Of a stretch of 64,000 bases of DNA, positions 10,414 to 21,184 are shown piece after piece. The position numbers were made by a program, and so were the translations under genes. The first letter of the stretch is position 1. Every line of letters starts with the position of its first letter. Source of the stretch: Bugula neritina (lineage: Eukaryota > Animalia > Bryozoa); NCBI GenBank assembly GCA_964035545.1, contig OZ037768.1, forward strand, positions 10,448,741-10,512,740, in the 5' to 3' direction. Under the pieces are notes generated by a model that was given only the letters and a program-made list of their open reading frames with translations, did no database searches and was not told the origin of the DNA.

Positions 10414-13355
10414 TAGGGGTAAGTGGGGCAGTCTGGACCGTTTTTTAGTTTTTTACATATTTTGAACACGCTATTGGTGATATGCACAATTTAACGAGAA
10501 AATATGTTAGTTTTATATGTTGTGCTGTCTATGAAACACTTAGATAATTAAACTTCTCTATTTTCTCCTCGTCACAACCAATTAAAAATGTCTTCTCAAA
10601 AGGTCCGAACTGCCCCATAGTAGGGGCAGTTTGGACCAAAAGAAACAATTTTGTTTGAACCACACAGGAATTTTTTTTGTTATTTAAATGTAAGTATATT
10701 GTGCACTCTATGTAACATACCAGCATTAAAAACATGATGTGATTGATATTTTACATATAACATGTCCATATATTCACTAAGCAATAAGCAATGTTGTTCG
10801 GATATAATAATGAACGTAATATAATGCTTCCATTAAGTTCTGTTGACTAGAACTATAGTTTGTTAGGAGTGTTGTAGACGGTAGACCTTCCATCTTGCAT
10901 ATACTGCGATAAATCAATGTTGAATGTGAGCTTTTTACACGTGCGCTCAGTACCACCAGAACTTGTTGGGGTAGGTAACAGAAGCACCAGGTCGCAAATA
11001 TCAACTGTAGCAACATCTTCTTGCACTGGTACAATAAACTGCCTGTTCCCTACGCTCTTATAGAATGATATTACAGCTGTATCTTCGTCACGTTGAATAG
11101 AGTGGACAACCCCAGGAAAACGACGAACATTTTTCTTTCCCCTAAGTGCTGCTAACACGTAGCTTCCAACGTTCAGTTTGTCTGCCGTTATAGCTTCCAC
11201 ATCAGCCACCTCGTCCTCACTCGATGGGTCATCAGTATCATCATCAATTGGTATGGCAAAGTCTTCCTCACTACTGCTGCTATCTTCCTCTCTAGCAATC
11301 TTTCTCTTTTTCAATATTGATGGTTTTTTTGTTTTTCTAGCAATCCGTTCCATTTCCTCTTTCTTAAGTTAAATCTTTGTTGGAGTGTTGGTCAGAATAG
11401 TTGTTTTTCTCTTTCTGTTGCATTGTTTGGTTTTTCTGGGTCCAGCTTTAGCAAATGGTCGTACCTGTTCCGGTGTGATAGCACTTGGGTTGTTGGTATC
11501 CGCAGAATCACTAGATGGAGATGTCTGGCCATCAGAAGTAGTAGTTTGCTTGATAGAATTGTCAGAAACAGAGGCTACTACACCATTACATTCGACTTCA
11601 TCATGGTTACTTGGTTGGGGGCGATCAGTAACATATGATGAGAGAAAATCATCATCACCAAAAGCATTGCGATCTATTGGGCAAATACCAGGCTTTCGGA
11701 ATCCGCTTAAGATGTTGCTGGGTGTCATGGCTCTAGGATAAGCTAAGCTTAGCAAAGATGCCATATTGTAAATTGATAATGTTTGGCCAGGGTTACTCAA
11801 ATGCCACGATGTACAAGCTTCGTTAAAATATCGCTTCAACGGGCCATATACTGCAATGTCCAGTGGCTGCAGTTTATGGCTGCAATGTGGTGGGAATGTT
11901 AACATCACCACTCCACTCTCCTTGGCCAAATCTATGGCATCTATGCTTGTGTGGCTATCATGATTGTCCATCAACAGTAAGACAGGCCTATCTTTAGATG
12001 CTCTAGTATGCAGTTTGAAATGACGAAGCCACTCTATAAACAGTTCTCTTGATATCCATCCTGATTGACAAGCAGCACCTATTGAACCTACTGGAGCATC
12101 ATTAAGCATGAACTCTCGATATTTTACTCGAGGAAAGATCAACATTGGGGGAATACTGTTACCACCAGCACTAACAGCGACAACCATTGTGATCAAAACT
12201 CCTCGCTCAGCTGATGTTACATGACCAACTTGTCGGCACTTTCTATCTGCAATGACCTTTGGTGGTTTGTGTACAGTTGTAAGGCCAGTTTCATCCATAT
12301 TGTAGATTTCTGAAGCAGCAAACTTATATCTTTCCATTACCCATTGAAGATTGTCAAAAAACTGGTTAACATTCGCTCTGTTAAAGGCGGTACCTCTACT
12401 GAGGCTGTTAGGCTCTGGTTTTCTTAAACTTAGATCTGTGTGTCGTTTCATAAAGCCACTGATCCAATCTTTACCTGCACATTGTTCATAATCCCATGAT
12501 TTAGGATATGTAGCACCTACTTTTTTAGCATACTCCCATGCAAACTCCCTGGTCTTTTTCTTAGAAAGCCCGTGGTTCTGCTTTGCTGCCAATTTTAAAT
12601 AGTCCTCCAACATCCTCTCTTGCTCAGCGGTAAAGACTGCACGGCTTGAAGTAGATTTGCTATATGACATGTTAGATCCCTTAACCTTAGCCTCATCAAC
12701 ATAGCGTCTGAGTGTAGTACGTGAGACATTAGAATTTCTTGCTACTTGACGCAGAGATTCTCCAGCTAAAACCAATTCTACAGCTTCCTTCATTGCCATC
12801 TCAGAGACTTTTACCCCCTGTTTCTTTTTCTTGTAACTCCTAACCATGATGACGATGTTTAATCTAAAACAGTAAACAGAAAACTCTTAAATTGTAAAGC
12901 TCTACTCCATATCCCTTAGTGGTAATCATGCATTCTGTGGGCGGGGCACTTTGGACAGCGGTCCAAAGTGCCCCTATGTGTATGGGCCAAACTGCCCCAC
13001 CTGTCAAAATTTATAATTTTCTTATATATCTCAAAACTTGATTTAGCAAGATATGTTAGCAATGCATGATGATTAACTATGGTCATAGATGTTTGCATGC
13101 ACCAGATATGAATAAATTGTACAACACACATGACTTCAAAAATCTCCATTGAAAATAGTTTATCAAATTTTATTTATAAATATCTGCTTACCTCTTCTTC
13201 TAGAATAGCAGCATGTGGACAAAAACAATATGGCAGACTTTTTACATCCTCTTCTTGGTTTTCCTAGAAGAAAGACAACTCAAAACAAATTAGATTTAGC
13301 TGCAGATTGGGTGGTCCAAACTGCCCCTGTGTCCAAACTGCCCCACTTACCCCTA
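10414..13355 (-). mobile_element. Complete pogo/Fot1-like (IS630-Tc1-mariner) DNA transposon
   Basis: TIRs TAGGGGTAAGTGGGGCAGT(C/T)TGGAC at both ends, flanking TA duplication, and internal copies of GGGGCAGTTTGGAC near 10602-10638, 12942-12998 and 13313. Confidence 0.95.
10853..12847 (-). pseudogene. pogo-family DD35D transposase (about 664 codons, one in-frame stop)
   Basis: N-terminal psq and CENP-B-type HTH domains, NMDETG, LLMDNHDSH and LQPLD with 35 residues between the last two Asp. ORFs 11369..12847 and 10853..11353 share a frame, separated by TAA at 11369-11371. Confidence 0.93.
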
Positions 13356-13399
13356 TACATACAATATATACATATAAGCAGTAAAAAGAAAGAAAAGTT

Positions 13400-13823
13400 A
13401 TTTGGGGTGGTTCTATACTCTATATAGCGCCGCGCACCATAGCGGCAAGCAAACAAGCTAAGCACTACTATTAGCAATTGCGTGCCTATTCCCAAAATAC
13501 TTATTATAAGAACCCCATCTTGGTCCTCCTGAGCTGAAAACAGCCCAGCAGAATCGAATTCAGTAACGTTCGACCCTGTAGCATAGAGTGGCATATAAAC
13601 TAGTAATGCTTACTCAAGGAGGCAATTTGATTGATATGACTATGATGACGACCCTATACTGCTACTGCTTTGAACTAGACGATAAGTCCAATTACTAACC
13701 CCACGTGACGGGCAGATCAGTGGTAGTTTCCTCCAATTCCACGGGTGTACTGTAAAGCGTGGAGGCACTGCTAAAGCATTCTAAAACCCTCCCTCGCCAG
13801 CAATTGCAGTGCAATGGGCAGAT
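13400..13823 (-). other. Cryptic spliced gene or pseudogene for a small Cys-rich single-pass membrane protein (second copy at 8485-8884)
   Basis: Exon 13700-13823 ICPLHCNCWRGRVLEC...TTTDLPVTW between CAG and GTTAGT. A phase-compatible TM exon starts at 13575. Differences between the copies are strongly biased to synonymous sites. No start codon found. Confidence 0.5.
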
Positions 13824-15058
13824 CTGAAGGGCAAGGATCCATTCAAGTCATTATAAGCGATAGCCTAGTAAATGCATATATCAACCCCCCTCCCTAGTTA
13901 GATACTAACATATAACAGTCTGCTGATACCAACAAATCTACCCCAATGCTTACTAACCCCTTGAGGAGTAAATAGAATAACGAATGGCAGGAACCATTCC
14001 CTTTTCTTTTTATTGAGTGAGCAGCTTAACAGCTAACAGTGGGTACCAGTGACCCACTAGATCAATTATATATAATCATAACACAAAACACTGTAGCCGA
14101 AATACCCACTAGTTGAAGTTTTCTTTTTTTATAATTATTATTTATTTACCCACTTATTTCAATATTAACCATATAAAGATGGGTCTATATGGGTGTATAA
14201 GTAACTAAAATAACTGCGAGACAAGTTACAAGCTATACTTACATCAACCAACAACACCCATCATTAAGTCTAATGACTATTATTACCAAGTACAACTTCA
14301 CTCTTGTTGATTAGAATTTTCTAATGTCAATACTACTCAACCAGACATATTGACATAGTATCTATTAGTATTGACACCGCAACTAGTAGCAACACTGCAA
14401 TTATTGTGGGTGGGTAATTCAGTCAGCAAACAATCCACTCATTGGTTTTACTTTAAACTTATAGTTACAATACTGTACTGATAATTTATCATTTTTAAAA
14501 AAAAATTAAATCTCAAAGTCAAATGGGAAATTACACTTAGTTTTGGTTATATCGTTTCAGGACATTTCCCTTCTAGACTAAAACTTTTACGCGATTACAA
14601 TTTTCAATTACTGAAGTAAACTCGATTTTTTTGAAGTAAAACTTGAAACTTAAAGTTAATACCTTTAAATACCTTTGAAGACATAGAACACTTGGAAACA
14701 CTAAAGGTTATAGAAGTGCCTTATTTGTTTTACAGTGTGGACTGAAGGTTGGTAATTGTGTTGACTTTTTTTTTGTATGAACTCTCTGGTGTCTCTAATG
14801 GTTCTTGGTACACTTGTGAATTTGCATAGATGGATGTTAGTTCACCGCGGGCAGAAGACCTAGTGGTTATTGACATATTTTAGCGATCTCAACTGATTTA
14901 GTCTTATGCCATTGCTAAGATTGAATGTTGTTCTTCTTTCTCCAGGATTTTCATGAGGAGATTGAGTCGGTGAGCCCTGCATCTCTGTTTGAGAGGCTGA
15001 AGGCCAAGCTGAGAGCATACCTCGGTGACACTTTCTCATCCCTTTATTCTAGCAATAA
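13424..15058. repeat. Duplicated block, copy B
   Basis: Near-identical to 8485-10128. Confidence 0.95.
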
Positions 15059-16632
15059 ACCTCACTGCCCTGTGCTGTAACATTTCCAGAGACTCGATGT
15101 CTTTAGCTAATGTTGGATCCCATACGGTATCTGCATACTCGAGGATGGGGCGGCCCAGACTAGTGTAGACCAGTAACGTACCTTCTCTGTGGCCTTATAT
15201 AGAACATGTTAAATTGCTCCCAGAATTTTCAAGTGTAATATGCTGATCAAATTTAAAGTTTGACTGCATTACAACCCTCAATTATGTTGAGTCTACCCAA
15301 TCTATCTTTGCTTCACCTTGCTTGTACAGAGGTTTGTTATTTTGATTGCCAAACGCTATGATTTTGCATTTACCTTCATTGAAAGGCATTTACCAATCAA
15401 CTGACCATTTGTGTATGGCATTGATGTTTTCCTGGAATGTTGCAGCGTCTTCTTTTGTGTCAACAGCCTGATACAGTAGCGTATCATCAGCATAAAGGCT
15501 TACACTGCAGTTTAATTTTAGTGGGAGATCATTAATATATATTAGAAATAGTGTTACACCTAGGACTGAACCTTGTGGAATCCCTGAGGTTACTTCTAAT
15601 TCTGAGGAAAATTTTCTGTCAATAACTACTTTTTGTTTTCTATGTGTCAAAAAATTTTGAATCCAGTTTACCTGTTGTGGATGTATTTCTGGTATTAGTC
15701 TTAATTTTTGCATTAGTAGACGATGAGGCACTTTGTCAAAAGCCTTTTTGAAATCAAGTACCATAGCATATGTGGTTTTTATTGTTTCCTTAGTTTTTGC
15801 TAGTTCATGGTATATGGCACAGAGTTGTGTTTCACAAAACCTGCCTCTTCTGAATCCGTGTTGTCTGTTGTAGAGAAAATCATGTATGGTTCAAATAATG
15901 AAGTACAATGTGTTCCATCATTTTGCATGGGATACTAGTTAGTGATATGGGGCGATAATTACTTGCTACCACCTTATCTCCACCTTTGTGCACTGAGGTG
16001 ACATACGCAAGCTTCCACTGGGCGGGTAACTTTTCTGAGTCTATTGAGGCTTGAAATACCTGTTTTAGGCACACAGCTGACATCATGACATCCAAAAGTA
16101 AATCTGGTTTGCGAATTCCATCAGGTCCTGGAGATTTTCCATTTGATAAACTGTTTATCAATTTAATGAGACCTTCAGTAGTTATCTCTGTAGGTGCTGC
16201 CGCAGTTTTTCTAGTTGAAGAGTGTTTGAAAATTGCTGATCTTTACAGAATTGATTCTGAAAATATTTGTTGAGGATGTTTGCACACTCTCGCTTCTTCA
16301 GTGATTTTTCTTTGTCAACTATTCAATTTTATACTGAAATCGCTATTTGACCTAATATTTTTAGGTGCTTGTAAAAAGGTTTAGAGTTACCTTTTTGAAG
16401 TGGTTTGCACAACTTTTCTATTAAATGTTCTCTTTTTTCTGTTGACATCCAGTTTTACTAGTTCTTCTTTCTGCATGGTATTTATGTATAAAATATGTGT
16501 CGCCAATCTCTTTATACTTTTTCCAGGTTCTTCTACTTTTTTGTATTAGTTTTTTCGTTTTCCTATTCATCCATTCTGGCCAGCTGTAGTTTTTTGGATA
16601 TAGCAACTTTGTGGGGATATTGTTGTATTTTT

Positions 16633-19085
16633 TGTGGGTTGAATAGAACTAGTGCCTGAACATGCTCTTTGTTAGAGAGAACAAGATGTGTTGTACAGTT
16701 GAAGCAATCTTTATTGAGTCGAATAATATAATAATTAAGATCCTCTGCCATTGAGCTTCAGTAGTAGACTGAACTACACTGGAGCTCGCTGGTTTTTATA
16801 TACAGCAAGAGATAGGGTTTTTCCTTTGTTGCCGAATCGGAGGTCCAAAACGACGACCTTCGGCATTTCGGAAGTCCGAAATGCCGATCTCGGGCAACAG
16901 GAAACAAGCACATGCAAAGATCCACCACACACACCTCCCATCGGAAAGTACACTTTCCGATAAGAGGGAATGTGACACCAGTAACAAAAAGAAAAAAAAT
17001 GACCAATGCAGGGGACAACACAAGAAGTTTTACACAAAAAATGGTATGACAGGTAAAAATAAAAAAAAATAACAGCATGCGACACATAAACTACAATATC
17101 ATGCAAAATAATAAAAACAAAAGAACATGCTCCCTCCACCAGTGTCAACATAAAACAGTCTTATTGCTGGTCTGTGTCGCCTGCCCGCTCCAGACGGCTC
17201 ACGCGCCGTCTTAGCTCCCCCAACTCCTCCTCATATCGCCTCAGGCGCAGGGACCGGACCTCCTCCTCCAGCTGTATGGATGCAGTGTGGCCGGTGGCGC
17301 TATGCCGGGGTCGTCTTCTTCCTCCCGTCGCCGAGGGTCGCTGACTCAGGCCCGGAGATCCGGACCTGCCGCCTTCGACCCGTGCCAGCACGACCCGAAG
17401 TGGCTGGGTGGCCGCTGGTTGAGGTGTCACGACGGGCTCCTCTTCTACCTCCCTGATTGGGCGGCATGCGGGAAACCCCTGGGCGAAGGTAGCCCGTTTG
17501 CGGGGGTCCGCGACATGGGGCAGCACCAGGTCCCGGAATTCGGGGAAACTGGCCTGATCCACCGCAAACGTGTGGCCCGTGTGGCAGCGCGAGATGCGCT
17601 GATGTCTCAGCACGTAATCGCGCTGATAAGAAAATTCGCCATACGGGCAAAACACGTTAATGTAGTGCTGCGGGGCGTGAACCCGCAGCCGCCGTGTGGA
17701 GGAAAACTTCCTCCGACACTACTGGCAGATGCGGTTGCCCGGCTCGCCGCATGTCTGGCCAATTTTCAGGTTGGTTTCCCGGGAAACCCAGTACTGGCGG
17801 GCAACCAAAGCCCGAGGCAAAGCCAGTATCTGGGAGCTATCTTCCTTCTCTGTGGGCTCCCCACCGAGCAGTATGCCCTGCTCCTCCCCGGCTGAGAGCT
17901 GGAGCTCAACCGGGTTAGACCCAGGGCCACTTGCGGTGGTGGGAGGCACCCCGGTCGGTGGAGCGGCGCCCTGCTGGCTGCTGGGAGTCGGAACAGGGGC
18001 CGGTGGAGGGGGGGAGTTGGTATAACTCGACCTGACCTCATCTACATCCATACAATTCCCTACAACAGATAGGAGAGGCTGTGACAAGCCGATCTCTCTA
18101 TCGCCGAATTTCGGCATACACTTATACGAGACTAAGCTACAAACTGGGGGCCGAGATGAGTCAGAGAGTGTGACTGAGCCCACGTCTTGGTCCAACAAGA
18201 AGTCGTGGACAGGGTCACCTTCCAGATCCATCTCGGTCTCGGGTTCTAATAAGTCAGATTCTAAAGAATCTAACAAACTCCAATCAACATTAGCTCGGTT
18301 GGACTCCGTTTGTGGAGGTTCCAACCTTAAAGGAATACCTGTAGTGACGTTAGTAGTTTCAATGAGTGTAGCATCCATGTCCGAGTTGGAGTTTGGTTGT
18401 GATTTAAAATTATAATTCAAATTTTGTTCGTTAATTTTCAAATTGAGTGCTGCTGGCGCGGTGGCTGTAGTAACAATGGCCGAGCCTCGTGTTTCAGAAT
18501 TATTACCTGCAACGGCGATGGCCACGTGATCCGTGGGAATTCCCATTAAATATTGAAATGACAACTCAGGCAATCGCGGCCCCCCGAAATTCGGTCTGAG
18601 TTTTCCTTCTGTCGGTGGAATTCTCTGGAGTATTGGAGGAAATTGCCACCCAAGGCAGGGTAGTCTGTAGAATTAGGGGGACTAGGATCACGAGGGGATA
18701 ACTCCAGGCGTCCTCCTGCATAATCTGCCAAGTATCTAGGAGGTTTTCTGTCCCTCTGGCTCCTTTCAAGCCGTACGGGTTCTGTCAGGGCTTGCGATTC
18801 TTCGACTACTGCGGTGGGGGAGGGGGGTCCTGTCATCACTGGCGCTATGGGCGGGGACGTCTTCCTCCAGTTGGGGTGGTACCCTCGGGGCCTGTGATTG
18901 CCGTAATTGTCGCCCCTGCCTTTGTTGCTGTTCTAGTTGCTCCAGTAGGGCGGCCTATTCACGTGCTGCCTCTCTCTGAATGACAACTTTCACCTCTCTG
19001 GGTTGGGTGACTCTCCCTCGATGGTTGGGCTGGCGATTGGGCTCTAAGAGGGGTGGAGCCTGACCAAAATATTGCCATTTTGGGC
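16633..19085 (-). mobile_element. Third Gypsy element, 3' fragment (integrase tail, accessory ORF, PPT, 3' LTR) inserted in the LINE
   Basis: GC-rich block with the RLERSQRDRKPPRYLADY integrase-end motif. LTR 16633-16929 (TGTGG...CCACA) with TATATAAAA and AATAAA. G-rich tract at 16930-16940. Confidence 0.82.
17161..18573 (-). pseudogene. Accessory ORF: acidic and Pro-rich region, C2H2 zinc finger(s) and C-terminal coiled coil
   Basis: ORFs 17719..18573 and 17161..17655 are the same frame split by one TAG. The joined sequence gives CQxCRRKFSSTRRLRVHAPQH, a canonical C2H2 finger. Confidence 0.75.
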
Positions 19086-21176
19086 TCTGGCCAGTCCTTG
19101 TGTAAAGTGATTCCACATAGCATTAGGGTTTGTCATTTTAGCCAGCTGGTTAGTTACTTTTTGCATCAACTCATGGTATTTGACTATATTGACATGTTTG
19201 TATAGTTTAATTTCTTTTGGCAGTGATAAAAGCTCTTTTGGTTTATGTTGGTTTAGTTGAGAAGTTACTAAATAATGATCACTTATTTCTGGGGATATTA
19301 CGTCAATGTTTTTCACTAGTTTAGGAGAATTAGTGCATATTAGATCAAGGGTGTTACCAAAAACATGGGTTGGCAATTTTACTAGTTGCTGAAGGTTATT
19401 TTCTTTTAGGAAAGTCAGGAAGTCAAGGTGAATTTTTTGTGTTTGGCGTTTTGTTTAAGGCAAGCTGTTTGCTATTCTGTTTCTGGAAAGTTCATGTCGC
19501 CTAGAAAATAGTTTTGTAATCAGGGTGTTTTTCCATGACTTCTTCATTAGCAGCTCTTAGTTGATCTATGTTTTGGAGGTATACGTAAGGTCTGTAGTAA
19601 CAGCAGATTAAAATATTTGGCTCTATTTTAACGAAGACGAGTTCTTTAGTAGTGGTCAGGTTTATTTGTCTGGGGTTAAGATCACTATCTAGTGCAACAA
19701 GCACTCCACCACCTCTATGATTTCGATCTTTTCTGAATACAATTTTTTTGAGTTAGGGATTATACCTTTGCTCTGTATTGAGCAATCAAGATGGGTCTCA
19801 GTGAGACATATGATGTTAAAATCAGCACTTGAAGATTGTAGATCTGCTGTTTTTCCTTTAGCTGACCTGATGCTAGATAAGAGCATTGTTAAAAAACCGT
19901 TTTCTTTGGGGGTTTGTGCTGGTTTCATCACTTTCCATTCCCCCGATGGCTGTTTTTGTTCAATGTGTAGGTTTCTGATACGGTATTTTTTCTCAGCATC
20001 AGATTGTTAGTACTCTCTTATCTGTTCTCTTAGAGCCCATTCCTGGCTTCTTACTTCTTGACACGTGTCCAACTTACAGAAAATATTTTTCTGCTTCAAG
20101 CCTGAGTTTACTCGCTTCACGAACTCCCACTTTTCAGTCTCATTCTCAAATGTGAGCTTTATTGGTCTGGTATCTCGTGTTATCTTTTGTTCTTTTCCGT
20201 CTCTTTCCAGTTTTTTCTTGCAGCCTAGCCTGAAAGCCACAAGCGGGGACCTCAATTTCTTGAAACACTTTTGTTTCAAAAAGTTGTTCACCTGGTCTAT
20301 GGCTTGAGTCCCTTCTTCTTCGGCTATGCCATATAAAATTGCATTCAGTTTTCGTGATTCTGTTTCATTCATTTGGTGTTGCTTTTGAATCAATTTTTCT
20401 GCATTTTCATTAGATTCAGCTGCAATTTTGTATATGATTTTTGTTTTCTTCTCGGTGTTTGGAGTTTTCTGTCGTAATCGCTTTTAGTTCCAGGATTTGG
20501 TCATTGCTTGATTTTAAAGCAGTCGCATATGTCTGTTGCATTCTAGTTATTGATCTTTCAATCACATCTAACTTGTTCATGGTGGTCTTGTGTTGGAAGT
20601 TTAAATTTTCGCGGCCGCCATGTTGAACCGGAAGCCGTAAGATTGAACGCTACTACTACCAGTACTACCGAAACTACGTACATATTTACATCGTAGACAT
20701 ACCAACTGAACCCACACTATGATACAAATGTAGAAATAATTAGTACTATCCAACTTATCATACTGGAAGACATACTGAAAACTGAAGCTTATAAAAGTAT
20801 TAAATTAAAATTGTGTCAACACAAAAACGTGGCTTATACTTAGAGTTATAGTTATGATGGAGAATCGCGCCAATTTACCGGTAATTACACAATGACACAA
20901 CCCTGCATTCTTGCCACCCGAACATCATCAATATTAATTAGATCCGCTGCAACAAATACTCGGAACAGCTTAACATTGACACCATTTCCTCATCCTAGTT
21001 AGTAATAGTCCCAGTAAGTAATAAGTAGAACGCTCTGATCAACACCAATTCACTCAGACGAACCACTTACTGACTCACCCCCATATCCCAATTTCGTAAG
21101 TAGAACCTTATTATAATCTCAACCTACATTATGATCACATCAGACACATAGCAGGAGCTATGCTTTTTTTTTCGCT

Positions 21177-21184
21177 GGGAGAAA
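21177..21184 (+). promoter_or_regulatory. Polypurine tract
   Basis: GGGAGAAA preceded by a T-run, directly before the TG of the 3' LTR. Confidence 0.7.

Larger units (their letters stand above)
14655..20650 (-). mobile_element. Near full-length decayed LINE (CR1/L2/Jockey group): ORF1, APE endonuclease and RT, interrupted by a Gypsy fragment
   Basis: ORF1 ESRKLNAILYGIAE...RPIKLTF (20007-20620). EN IICLTETHL, CYYRP, GNTLDLICTN, SDH. RT KSPGPDGI, NYRPISLTS, LDFKKAFDKVPH, GIPQGSVLG, YADD. Many frameshifts. Confidence 0.93.

Noticed and set aside
8218-16929. Pairing the LTRs at 8218-8484 and 16633-16929 as one element
   Set aside because: The sequences are unrelated and their order is wrong for a single minus-strand element.
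17287-18025. Plus-strand ORFs of 202 and 109 aa
   Set aside because: Shadow frames of the GC-rich minus-strand zinc-finger ORF; no motifs.
20660-21000. Possible extra ORF in the 3' region of the env element
   Set aside because: Broken by several stops, with no recognisable domain.
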